Assembly (NCBI GenBank): GCA_963666365.2
Contig: CAXXNF010000002.1
Span: 224,001-288,000, forward strand
DNA: 64,000 nt
Origin: Syntrophales bacterium
GTDB taxonomy: Bacteria; Desulfobacterota; Syntrophia; Syntrophales; UBA2210
Direction of reading: 5' to 3'
A model generated the notes under the pieces. It did no database searches, was not told where the DNA came from, and was given only the letters and a program-made list of their open reading frames with translations. The position numbers and the translations under genes were made by a program. Of the stretch, positions 9,106 through 18,373 are shown one piece after another. The stretch's first letter is position 1. The number at the start of each line of letters is the position of its first letter.

Positions 9106-10521
9106 ATGAATTCTCATTTTGAAAATCTTGACGCCGTGTTCCACCCCCGTTCCGTTGCCCTGGTGGGCATTACCACTGCCAATCCCCACCACTGGACGCG
9201 GGGATTTCTTGAAGGGTACCTCGCACTGGATTTTCCATCACGGGGCAATCTGTATCTCGTGAATCCGAAGGGAGGGATTGTGGCTGGACACAAGGTCTAT
9301 GAGACACTGGAGGATATTCCCGATACCCTGGATTTTGTGGTGGGGCTGGTGCCTTCCCGCAGTGCTCCGAAAATGATAGAGGATGCGGCGGCCAAGGGCG
9401 CACGCTGTATTCATTTTTGCACTGCCGGCTTCAGTGAAATAGATGAAGCGGAAGGTACGGCACTTGAGGAGCAATTGCTCAGTGCAGCCCGCAGGTATAA
9501 TGTGCGGATCATCGGTCCGAACTGTCTGGGCATATACTGTCCTGAAGCGGGAATGTCCTTCAGCGAACTTTTTCCGAAGGAGAGCGGATCGGTGGGATTC
9601 ATCAGTCAAAGCGGCGGCAACTCCAATTTTCTAATCCGTCATGCCGCGCTTCGTGGCATTCGCTTCAGCAAGGTTATCAGCATCGGCAATGCCTGCGATC
9701 TCAACGAAAGCGATTTTTTGGAGTATTTGGCCGATGATCCGAAAACAAAAATTATATGCATGTATCTCGAGGGAGTCAAAGAGGCCGGCCGTTTCCGGCG
9801 TGCCTTCCACTACGCATCGGAGAAAAAGCCGGTGGTGTTACTGAAAGGAGGGGCCACTCCCGCCGGAGAAAGGGCCGTGATGGGACATACGGCATCGCTT
9901 GCCGGAAGCCGTACCATCTGGGAGCCGCTCTGCAGACAGTGTAATGTCATTCAGGTGCAAAACCTTGATGAAATGGCCGATGTGCTGGTGACGCTGGAAT
10001 TCATGCCCGCACCTGAGGGGAGACGAGCCCTGCTGTTCGGCGCCGGTGGCGGGTCAAGCGTGATAGTTGCCGATGAATTCGAAAGACGGGGGATTATGGT
10101 GCCTCAGTTGCCGAAAGAGCATATAGCCGAACTGCGCGAATTCAGCCAGGCTGCAGGCAATTTCTTCAACAATCCCATTGATTATTCTCAAAGTATGGAG
10201 CCCGCCAATGTGAATCGAGCGCTGGAGATTCTCATGAAATGGGGCGACTTCGATTTTATGATTAATTTCGTGGTGGCCACGCAATCGACTCGAGCGGGAG
10301 ATTTGCCCAAGCCACTCAGGTTTGACGATATTACAAAACCGGTGGGTGTGGTGGTAGTAATCAGCGCTCTGCCTGAAGAGGCACACAAGATATATGTGTA
10401 TATCGAGCAGTACGCGTCAGAGGGCTATCCCCTCTATTTTTCCTTCGGCGGTGCGGCCAACGCCATAAATAAGGTGATGGCCTATTACGAGCGGAATGCC
10501 CGCAGACAGGGGATGCTATAG
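9106..10521 (+). CDS. ADP-forming acyl-CoA synthetase alpha subunit (CoA-binding protein)
   Basis: FHPRSVALVG, TAGFSE, IIGPNCLG, SQSGG, SIGN..DL, GHTASLAG (phospho-His), NPID; no ATP-grasp domain. Confidence 0.88.
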   Translation: MNSHFENLDAVFHPRSVALVGITTANPHHWTRGFLEGYLALDFPSRGNLYLVNPKGGIVAGHKVYETLEDIPDTLDFVVGLVPSRSAPKMIEDAAAKGARCIHFCTAGFSEIDEAEGTALEEQLLSAARRYNVRIIGPNCLGIYCPEAGMSFSELFPKESGSVGFISQSGGNSNFLIRHAALRGIRFSKVISIGNACDLNESDFLEYLADDPKTKIICMYLEGVKEAGRFRRAFHYASEKKPVVLLKGGATPAGERAVMGHTASLAGSRTIWEPLCRQCNVIQVQNLDEMADVLVTLEFMPAPEGRRALLFGAGGGSSVIVADEFERRGIMVPQLPKEHIAELREFSQAAGNFFNNPIDYSQSMEPANVNRALEILMKWGDFDFMINFVVATQSTRAGDLPKPLRFDDITKPVGVVVVISALPEEAHKIYVYIEQYASEGYPLYFSFGGAANAINKVMAYYERNARRQGML

Positions 10522-12027
10522 GAAAAAGGGTGCGTGATTGGAAGAAAAAAACGGGGGGTCGCGCCTGATAATGTCCGCCACAGCCGGATGCCGTTTAAAT
10601 TCCTTTTCCAGAAACGATCTGACGCGACGCCTGTGCCATCCGCGGGGGTGGCGAAACTGACGATAAAGCGTGAGGTCGCCATCGTAGAAATCTTTTACGT
10701 CCAGAGTACCCGCTTCGGGACCGTAGGCGGGCAGGTTGAAGATTGCGATATTCAGAAAGCGGATCATTTCGCTGTGCCTCACTGTAAAATCAAGGGTCAT
10801 CAGCGCATCGTTCTCACTTTCGAAGGGGGTGCCGAAAAGGAGATAGATGTAAGTGGCAATGCCCGCACTGTGCAGAGTGTGCAAGACCTGCGACGCCATG
10901 CCAAGATCGATTCCCTTTTCCATGCCGTCGAGAACCCCTTGGCTTCCCGACTCCAGCCCGATTTTCAGCATTGTGCATCCTGCGGCTTTCAGCCTGTGGC
11001 AGAAGTCGACATCGGCGAGGAGTTCCGATATCCTCGTAAATCCGTACCAGGGAGCGCCCGGGGGGTTCAGCGCAAGATGCTGCAACAGTGCGGGACTCAG
11101 GGCATTATCGACCAGATGAATCAACACAGGCTTTCTTTGTCGGACAAGCAACTGGAGCTCGTCCGCGACCCGGCGGGGAGGCAGAGGGATATAGGCGTTC
11201 CCTTCGGCGCGCTCCGGGCAGAAGGAGCACCGCTGCCAGTAGCAGCCCCGTGAAGCGCTGTAGGGCAGAATGAATCCGGGCGAGAAGTATGAATCGAGAG
11301 GAAAATCTCCGTAGCAGGGCAACACAGGTTCCGTCGGCTGACCTTTTTCCAGCAGCGCCGGCAAAGCCCTTTCTCCCGGACCGTCGATCATCCTGTCGAC
11401 GAGGCCCTCAAAAGGATTGGTCCAGGAGGGGTTTCTCATCCATGAGGTCACAAGACCGCCTCCGAGTACGATCTTCATGGCAGGCGCAACGCGTTTTACG
11501 ACGCCGATCATTGCAAAGGTCGTAAGTGCCTGGCTCAGGAAATTCAGTGAAAAGCCCACCCATTCCGGCTGTGACTCCTCCAGAATTAAAGGAATCCTCT
11601 TTGCAAAGTAGGGGAAGAAGAGATTTCTGTCCGGGTGTTCATAGGCAGTAAGGCAATCGGCGCTTCTCAGAGGAGAGAGGCCTCTGTCCTGATAATTTGA
11701 AAGACCTGCCTGAATGTTGAGGGCCTGTCCCTGCACGTGCACGAGACGATATATGTCGGACAGCGTCCGTTTATAACGATCGAAGTTCTTATAGGTGTCC
11801 CGGCGGGTGATTGCTTCGAGATTTCTTTTACGAGTACGGAACGCACGCCTTGTCCAGGCATCGGACAGCCCGGGTGTTTGTTCCGTCAGAAAAAGAAGGC
11901 CTTCGATATTGGCGTCCAGCAGGGAAACGGGAACGGATTGAGAGGCAAGTGCGGCCGCAAGCAGTGCAATGCCCGGCGGTGGTTCACAGGGTTTAACGAC
12001 GGGGGGATATATAAGAAGAATGGACAT
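10516..12027 (-). CDS. B12-binding-domain radical SAM protein
   Basis: LLIYPP...PPPGIALLAA N-terminus, SRGCYWQRCSFC (CX3CX2C), GLESGS, LFGTPFE. Confidence 0.85.
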   Translation of the reverse strand: MSILLIYPPVVKPCEPPPGIALLAAALASQSVPVSLLDANIEGLLFLTEQTPGLSDAWTRRAFRTRKRNLEAITRRDTYKNFDRYKRTLSDIYRLVHVQGQALNIQAGLSNYQDRGLSPLRSADCLTAYEHPDRNLFFPYFAKRIPLILEESQPEWVGFSLNFLSQALTTFAMIGVVKRVAPAMKIVLGGGLVTSWMRNPSWTNPFEGLVDRMIDGPGERALPALLEKGQPTEPVLPCYGDFPLDSYFSPGFILPYSASRGCYWQRCSFCPERAEGNAYIPLPPRRVADELQLLVRQRKPVLIHLVDNALSPALLQHLALNPPGAPWYGFTRISELLADVDFCHRLKAAGCTMLKIGLESGSQGVLDGMEKGIDLGMASQVLHTLHSAGIATYIYLLFGTPFESENDALMTLDFTVRHSEMIRFLNIAIFNLPAYGPEAGTLDVKDFYDGDLTLYRQFRHPRGWHRRRVRSFLEKEFKRHPAVADIIRRDPPFFSSNHAPFFL

Positions 12028-12175
12028 AGTGTTCCTTATTGTTTTTTGTCGGACTGAACGGTACTGCGGTACACACAATAGCGCGAAAAAAATGCCTGTC
12101 AAGGAATATCAAAACCTTGCATAGTATGGTATAGTTAACTGCCGTGTATAATAATCTTACTGTACGAGGAATGAC

Positions 12176-12793
12176 ATGATCATTACCTGCTCAAAATGCG
12201 GTCATATAAACAATGTCGGCAATGTAAAATTTGATCGGTCCACAGTAAGGGTGCGCTGTAAAAATTGCGGGTCCCAGGAACTGCTCAAGGTGGGAACAAC
12301 CTCCCACCAATGGGGAGAAAAGTGGACCGTTGACAAAACCATTTCGCAATATCTGTCGGATGAAGAAGGTCCTGTGCCTGATGAATCACCGGAGGATTTT
12401 CCCGAAGGCATCAACAATGTCAGAACAAAATTCCTGAGGGTCGTTGCGGTGGTGGTAGTAATGGCTTTTCTGGCAATGGTGCTGCCCTACCTGGGGCATG
12501 TGTATTTCCGCATGAAAAGTTCCGGCGCCTATCAGGCAGCGGAAACCCTTATACGGAAAAGTCCTGAGATAAAAGCCCTGACAGGGAACAATCTGAACAT
12601 CAGCATAGTGCAGCAAAAATTTACTGAAGATTCTGAAGGCCAGGGACGGGCGAAATTAGGCCTGAGAGTGACGGGAACGTCGGGCTCGACCGATGTGATC
12701 GTATACTTGATAAAGGAAAAAGGAACCTGGAGCATCACTTCCGCCCTCTACCGGGACCGATACGGCAGGGGGCGGAACCTGACGGCGCCGTGA
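12176..12793 (+). CDS. Zinc-ribbon (MJ0042-like) membrane protein with Coa1-like C-terminal domain
   Basis: MIITCSKC...VRCKNC, acidic linker, one TM helix, then KSSGAYQAAE.LIRKSPEI..LTG and G.A.L.LRVTG..GS. Confidence 0.6.
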   Translation: MIITCSKCGHINNVGNVKFDRSTVRVRCKNCGSQELLKVGTTSHQWGEKWTVDKTISQYLSDEEGPVPDESPEDFPEGINNVRTKFLRVVAVVVVMAFLAMVLPYLGHVYFRMKSSGAYQAAETLIRKSPEIKALTGNNLNISIVQQKFTEDSEGQGRAKLGLRVTGTSGSTDVIVYLIKEKGTWSITSALYRDRYGRGRNLTAP

Positions 12794-12808
12794 CCGGGAC
12801 ATTCAGAT

Positions 12809-13477
12809 TCACAGATATGAGAAGACATGGTCGATAATGAGTGTGAAGTTTCTTTGAACTGCGTCGTTCCCCTGAATGATGTCCATGTGCCCCGGCAATA
12901 AATATTCCACATCGAGCTGCGACAGTTTCCGGATACTTTCCTTAAGAAGTTGGCTGTCACCCCCGGGAAAGTCCGTTCTCCCCACGCTTTGAAAGAAGAT
13001 CACATCACCAGGGAAGAGAGCCTTTTTCGCGGGCCAGTAAAGGGACAGGGATCCCGGCGAATGGCCGGGAGTGTGAACGATTTCAAAGGATTCGCCTCCC
13101 AGTTTGACCGCTCCTTTTTCAAGAATCCTGTCGATGACTATTTCGGGTGCTCTCAGGCCGAACATGCCGTACATGTTCTTCCCCGTCGCATCATAGAATT
13201 CTTTCTCCTCACGAAGGATACACACGGACACCCCCTTTTCTTCGTTGAAAAGCTCCGAGGCTTCGAAATGATCCGGATGGGAGTGGGTATTGACAATGTA
13301 ACGTATGTCATTCTGTGTAATTCCATCTTCTTCCATCCTTATCATGAGATCCGGGAAAAAAATCGAAAGTCCCGGATCGATGAGGACGCCGGCATCGCCT
13401 CCTATAAAAAAACTGTTGCAGTTGTTTTCGTAGGGATTTGTCCATTCATAGACGTAAAGATTGTCGATCAATTTCAT
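12809..13477 (-). CDS. MBL-fold metallo-hydrolase (glyoxalase II-like)
   Basis: THSHPDH, HTPGHSPGS, FPGD, GRTDFPGGD, LPGH. Confidence 0.9.
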   Translation of the reverse strand: MKLIDNLYVYEWTNPYENNCNSFFIGGDAGVLIDPGLSIFFPDLMIRMEEDGITQNDIRYIVNTHSHPDHFEASELFNEEKGVSVCILREEKEFYDATGKNMYGMFGLRAPEIVIDRILEKGAVKLGGESFEIVHTPGHSPGSLSLYWPAKKALFPGDVIFFQSVGRTDFPGGDSQLLKESIRKLSQLDVEYLLPGHMDIIQGNDAVQRNFTLIIDHVFSYL

Positions 13478-13554
13478 CGTTGCGCTCCTTTTCAGTTAAT
13501 GGGACCTGCATGGCGCTCCCATGACTCAGGTCCTTTCAACAGTTGCTGGTCATA

Positions 13555-14439
13555 CTATCTTTTGGGGACGTAACGCAATGGATTTTGAGGCCGGTTGTTA
13601 TACCGCACTTCGAAATAGAGCGAATAGGCTTTCGTTTCTTTATTTTTTTCCACTGTGGCAATTGTACTTCCCTTCGTTACCCCATCGCCTGATGTTACGT
13701 TCATTGTATCGAGATTCGCATAGATGGTCAGATAATTTCTTCTGTGCTTTATGATTATGGTGTTCCCATAAAACTTGATCGGTGAGGCATGTATGACTTT
13801 TCCATCCTCCGAGGCCTTGACCGCCGGATTCTTTTTTGATTCGATCGTAATCCCGTTTGACCGGATTCCCTCAGGCGTCCGCCCGAATCGGGAAACAACT
13901 TTGCCGCTCAAAGGCCAGATAAAGTGAAGTTTTCCCGTTTTCAGGGAAGAGGGTTTTTCAGTTGTGACGGGGCTATCCGCTTCAACTTCCTTTTCCGGTG
14001 GAGGCCCGTCTTTTGTGAGCCTTTTTTCCTGCAGTGCGTCTTTTTCCCGAACAGGTTGAGATGACCGGGCAGGAGGAGCCGGCACCGGTCCGGATTTTTC
14101 TTTTGAGCCTCCTGATGCCACCGGAGAAGTGGAACGGGTGCGTCGTGATGTCTGTGCCTGCCTGTCATTCGATGCATCCAATTCGCGCACCTCTGTCGCG
14201 CCCGGAATGAACAGCACGCGATCAGCGGCAACGGCATCGGGATCGTCAATGCGGTTGGCAGCTGCAAGATCATCGATGGAGATATCATAGGTGCAGGCAA
14301 CCTGTGAGAGGGTTTCGCCTCTATTCAAGCGGTGATACACACCCTTGACGCCGCTGGGGGTCGCGCAGGCGGAAAGAAACAACAGTGCGCTGAGTAGGAA
14401 AATGAGAAAATAATGTGTTGGTCGCGCCATGTCGATCAT
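13555..14439 (-). CDS. nlpD: LysM/M23 lipoprotein, NlpD-like
   Basis: Lipobox LSAC, LysM (GETLSQVA..Y...LAAAN), FIWPLSG, degenerate M23 (NGITI, LYFEVR); follows pcm-yqaA. Confidence 0.8.
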   Translation of the reverse strand: MIDMARPTHYFLIFLLSALLFLSACATPSGVKGVYHRLNRGETLSQVACTYDISIDDLAAANRIDDPDAVAADRVLFIPGATEVRELDASNDRQAQTSRRTRSTSPVASGGSKEKSGPVPAPPARSSQPVREKDALQEKRLTKDGPPPEKEVEADSPVTTEKPSSLKTGKLHFIWPLSGKVVSRFGRTPEGIRSNGITIESKKNPAVKASEDGKVIHASPIKFYGNTIIIKHRRNYLTIYANLDTMNVTSGDGVTKGSTIATVEKNKETKAYSLYFEVRYNNRPQNPLRYVPKR

Positions 14440-15017
14440 AATAGAAATTTTACGATTAGAAACCCTCCAACAAGAAGGACGGTAAACAACAGGGTCATCA
14501 AATTAAAATATTTATCGATAAATAAGCGAATTCCTGCGCCGAACCGGTAGATCAGCCATGCGACGAGCAAAAAGCGGGCCGATCTGCTCAGAGCCGATGC
14601 CAGAAGGAAGACGGCAAAATTGATTTTAAAAGCCCCTCCGGCAATTGTAAAGATCTTATAGGGCAATGGAGTGAAGCCCGCAATCATGACGGCCCATGCA
14701 TTGTAGTGATTATAAAGCTCACCGATATAGGCGTACTTTTCCGTCAATCCATAGAAATGAATGATGCGAAGCCCCACCAGTTCCATGAACTGAAACCCGA
14801 TTGTATACCCTACAGCGCCTCCTGTAATGGAGCCGACGGAACATATCAGGGCGTAGCGGAACGATTTAGTCGGTATTGAGAGAGCCAGCGCAATCAGCAA
14901 TAGGTCGGGAGGAATCGGGAAAAAGCTCGACTCGGCAAAGGCCAGCAGAAAGAGCGCCCACGTTCCGTATGGCGTTTCGGCCCAGTGCAGGACCCAGTCA
15001 TACAGTTTCCGTATCAT
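14436..15017 (-). CDS. yqaA: YqaA/DedA family membrane protein
   Basis: AFAESSFFPIPPD and GFTPLPYK motifs. Confidence 0.88.
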   Translation of the reverse strand: MIRKLYDWVLHWAETPYGTWALFLLAFAESSFFPIPPDLLLIALALSIPTKSFRYALICSVGSITGGAVGYTIGFQFMELVGLRIIHFYGLTEKYAYIGELYNHYNAWAVMIAGFTPLPYKIFTIAGGAFKINFAVFLLASALSRSARFLLVAWLIYRFGAGIRLFIDKYFNLMTLLFTVLLVGGFLIVKFLL

Positions 15018-15025
15018 GTCAAAAA

Positions 15026-15679
15026 TCAGCCCTTCCAGCCGTGTTCCCCTATGAGACTTACGAAACGGCAGCCGCCAAGGCTTTCAGTTTGGGTCTTCTC
15101 GGGGTCATCGGAAAGGCGCGTGACTCTTGTAAGCGTCTGTGAGTTCCGGTCGCCGACGGGAATGACAAGACGACCGCCCGGCGCAAGCTGCTCTATGAAG
15201 GGCTGGGGAATTTCAGGCGCTCCTGCGGTGACGATGATTGCGTCAAAGGGCGCTTCATCCTTCCATCCGTAGGTGCCGTCACCCACTCTGATGAGCACAT
15301 TGTAACAATTCAACGAGTCGAGAATTTTTCGTGCACGGGAGGCAAGGCCGGCAATGCGTTCCACTGAAAACACCCTGTCGGAAAGCAGGGAGAGAATTGC
15401 CGCTTGATATCCCGATCCCGTGCCTATTTCAAGGACTTTCTCATAGCCCGTAAGTTCGAGCGCCTCCGTCATAAGCGCCACAATGTAAGGCTGAGAGATT
15501 GTTTGACGTTCGCCGATGGGAAGAGGATTGTCCGCGTAGGCCTGATTAATAATGCCCTCGTCGACAAAAAGATGACGCGGAATGGTTTCCATTGCCTTCA
15601 AAAGGGCGCTGTCGGTGATGCCGCGCGCTCGAATTTGCCCATCGACCATCTTGATCCTTTGATTTCTAAAGCGATTCAT
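15026..15679 (-). CDS. pcm: Protein-L-isoaspartate O-methyltransferase
   Basis: [52 protein letters not shown]. Confidence 0.95.
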   Translation of the reverse strand: MNRFRNQRIKMVDGQIRARGITDSALLKAMETIPRHLFVDEGIINQAYADNPLPIGERQTISQPYIVALMTEALELTGYEKVLEIGTGSGYQAAILSLLSDRVFSVERIAGLASRARKILDSLNCYNVLIRVGDGTYGWKDEAPFDAIIVTAGAPEIPQPFIEQLAPGGRLVIPVGDRNSQTLTRVTRLSDDPEKTQTESLGGCRFVSLIGEHGWKG

Positions 15680-16037
15680 CGTGCCTCGAAAGTTCCCTTC
15701 TCCTGGGGGGGATTTTGTACATTTCATCTACCCATGTGTGTCTGCGCAGGCCGAGCGCCTCCCGTGTCACGATAAGATAATAGCGTCTCAACTCGGCATA
15801 TGCCCGGGCTTGATTAAAGGCCTTAATTTCCCTGTTCAGATCGCGGTACAGGGGTGCGTCGTCTATTTCTTCCTGTTTCCGGGCGTTACGAATGCTATCA
15901 AGCTTTGTCTGTATTGATGTGCCTATATCTTCAAGTCGCGCCAAGGCATCGGACAGGCTTTTGCCCGCCCTGGATAGAACATCGGCCCTTTCTCGGAATA
16001 TTTCTTCCTGGGTCTTTTCGAGTCCTTCTTTGGTCAT
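15666..16037 (-). CDS. Hypothetical helical protein
   Basis: 123-aa ORF overlapping the pcm start, coiled-coil-like, [12 protein letters not shown] motif near the C-terminus. Confidence 0.65.
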   Translation of the reverse strand: MTKEGLEKTQEEIFRERADVLSRAGKSLSDALARLEDIGTSIQTKLDSIRNARKQEEIDDAPLYRDLNREIKAFNQARAYAELRRYYLIVTREALGLRRHTWVDEMYKIPPRRRELSRHDESL

Positions 16038-16205
16038 TTTCCGCGTGAGCCCTTCTGCCGGCGGCCCGTTTAATGGTATACGCGACTATCACTAAAAAGT
16101 CCAGTTTTCAACCGAAAATATCCGCACTTCCGCCTTGTATGCATGTTTGACTTTCGAGAGGGGCTGTATTAGGTATAGCCAGTATCCGAGAGAAGGGAGA
16201 AACGA

Positions 16206-17783
16206 ATGACCGAGATGAAGACGGATGCCCTGTCCAACGCCGTCAGAAGGGCCTACGGAAAGGGAACCGATGATGAGATGCTTGAACCGCTGGTGCTTGC
16301 CGATGAGAACGGAAGCCCGAAGGGGCGCTTTCATAACGGCGATGCGGTGATATTTTATAATATCCGCGGAGAACGGGAAATCGAACTGACCAGAAGCCTT
16401 ACGGAAAAAAATTTTTGGGAGTTCCCCGTTCAGAGGGACCTTACGCTGCACTTTGCCACCATGATCGAATACCAGAAAGGATTGCCGGTGGCCGTGGGAT
16501 TCCCTCCCGAAGGTTCCGTTGAAGATACGCTCAGCGGAGTTCTTGCAAAAGAGGGGAAACGCCAGGTGAAAATTACGGAGGCGGAAAAAGCCATCCACCT
16601 GGGATATTTTTTTAACGGAAAACACTCCCGGCCCGAGCGGGGGGAAGAACGAATAGTCATTCCCACACGAAAAGATGTGGTGCTCTTTGATGAAGCGCCG
16701 GAGATGTCCATCGCCGCAATTACCGAAACCGTGCTTCAAAAGCTTGAAGACGACAAGAATGACTGTGTTGTGGTTAATTTCCCGAATGTCGATGTCGTGG
16801 GGCATATCGAAAACCGGGAAGCCATAATCGCGGCGGTTGAGGCAGTGGACAAGGCCCTGGGAGTGGTGGTCGATGCGGCGCTGAGCCTTCATATAACAAC
16901 GATCGTAACCGCCGATCACGGAACGGTGGAAAAATGGTTCTACCCCGATGGGAAAATCGATACGGGGCACACGGATTCGCCGGTTCCCTTTATTCTCGTG
17001 TCGGATCAAGACCTGCCGCCACTCAGATCCAAAGGGGAACTCGCCGATGTGGCGCCCACACTACTTGACCTTATGGGTATTGAAAAGCCGGCGGCCATGA
17101 CCGGCAGTTCACTTCTCTCCGGAGAATGCCGAAAGACACAAAGGGTGCTCTTGTTGATCCTCGATGGGTGGGGTCTGCACCGGAAGGGGCCGGAGAACTT
17201 GATTTTTCAGGCGCATACGCCCGTGATGGATCGTTTATGGAAGTTCTGCCCTTCTGCCGCCCTCGACGCAGCCGGTCGGGCAGTGGGACTGCCGTCTGGT
17301 ACGGTGGGCAATTCTGAAGTAGGTCACTTGCATATCGGCGCAGGCCGAAGGATATATTCGGACAGGGTGAAGATTAACGGGGCGATAGAGGATGGATCGT
17401 TTTTTTTCAATCGCGCCTTCAACGAGGTGATAGAAAAGTCGCTTCAGCAGGGATCCGCTCTTCATCTGATGGGCATTGTGTCGTTTTTCAGTTCTCACGG
17501 GTCCGTCGATCATCTGTTCGCGCTCATGGATCTTGCGAAGAGAAGAGGGGTGAAAAACCTCTTCGTGCACGCCATGCTTGGAAGGCGGGGAGAGAAGCCG
17601 GAAAGCGGCGCACTCTACATAGAAAAGATTGAAAGGCGCTGCCGGGAGCTACAGCTGGGGTCGGTGGCGTCAGTCATCGGGAGGTACTGGTCCATGGACC
17701 GTGAAGAAAACTGGGACAGGATTGAAAAAACATACAGGATGCTCGTGTACGGCGAAGGGACGGGCATTCCGGAAAGGGGGTAG
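16206..17783 (+). CDS. gpmI: 2,3-bisphosphoglycerate-independent phosphoglycerate mutase, circularly permuted
   Basis: All iPGM motifs present but in permuted order: FYNIRGER, EAEK, NVDVVGH, TADHG, GHT, LADVAPT, MTGSSL, then LILDGWG, GNSEVGH, GRYWSMDR. Confidence 0.88.
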   Translation: MTEMKTDALSNAVRRAYGKGTDDEMLEPLVLADENGSPKGRFHNGDAVIFYNIRGEREIELTRSLTEKNFWEFPVQRDLTLHFATMIEYQKGLPVAVGFPPEGSVEDTLSGVLAKEGKRQVKITEAEKAIHLGYFFNGKHSRPERGEERIVIPTRKDVVLFDEAPEMSIAAITETVLQKLEDDKNDCVVVNFPNVDVVGHIENREAIIAAVEAVDKALGVVVDAALSLHITTIVTADHGTVEKWFYPDGKIDTGHTDSPVPFILVSDQDLPPLRSKGELADVAPTLLDLMGIEKPAAMTGSSLLSGECRKTQRVLLLILDGWGLHRKGPENLIFQAHTPVMDRLWKFCPSAALDAAGRAVGLPSGTVGNSEVGHLHIGAGRRIYSDRVKINGAIEDGSFFFNRAFNEVIEKSLQQGSALHLMGIVSFFSSHGSVDHLFALMDLAKRRGVKNLFVHAMLGRRGEKPESGALYIEKIERRCRELQLGSVASVIGRYWSMDREENWDRIEKTYRMLVYGEGTGIPERG

Positions 17784-17786
17784 GTG

Positions 17787-18317
17787 ATGGAAGTAACAAT
17801 CAAAAACGCGACGGTGGCGCTGGTAGAGGGCAATATCACTGTCGAGGAAACCGACGCGATTGTAAATGCCGCCAATTCAGGGCTGCGAGGGGGCGGCGGT
17901 GTGGACGGAGCAATTCATCGTGCGGGAGGTCCCACAATCATGGAAGAGTGTCGTCGGATCGGCCATTGTCCTACGGGGGAGGCGGTGATTACGACGGGCG
18001 GAAACCTGAAGGCACGCTATGTAATTCATACGGTAGGTCCGATATATCGGGGTGGCGGACAAGGAGAGGCCGACCTGCTGGCACGCGCCTATCGAGAAAG
18101 CCTTCGAATGGCATCACGCAAGGGGCTTAAGAGTATCGCCTTTCCGGCAATCAGTGCGGGAGTGTACGGATATCCGCTCCACGAAGCCGCACATATCGCG
18201 CTGAAAACCACAATCGACTACCTGAAAGAGCACGAAGACATAGAAACGGCAAGGTTCGTCCTCTTTGACGCAACGACATATAATGCCTTTGTGGAAGAGT
18301 TGAAGCGCCTCTCTTAA
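17787..18317 (+). CDS. ymdB: Macro domain O-acetyl-ADP-ribose deacetylase
   Basis: GNIT..DAIVNAAN.GLRGGGGVDGAIHRAGG, VIHTVGP, AFPAISAGVYGYP. Confidence 0.92.
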   Translation: MEVTIKNATVALVEGNITVEETDAIVNAANSGLRGGGGVDGAIHRAGGPTIMEECRRIGHCPTGEAVITTGGNLKARYVIHTVGPIYRGGGQGEADLLARAYRESLRMASRKGLKSIAFPAISAGVYGYPLHEAAHIALKTTIDYLKEHEDIETARFVLFDATTYNAFVEELKRLS

Positions 18318-18373
18318 AGGGTCATGCGGCGGGAACAGGGTTGCGAATGAAGGGGAGTATTCAAACAGGAAAA

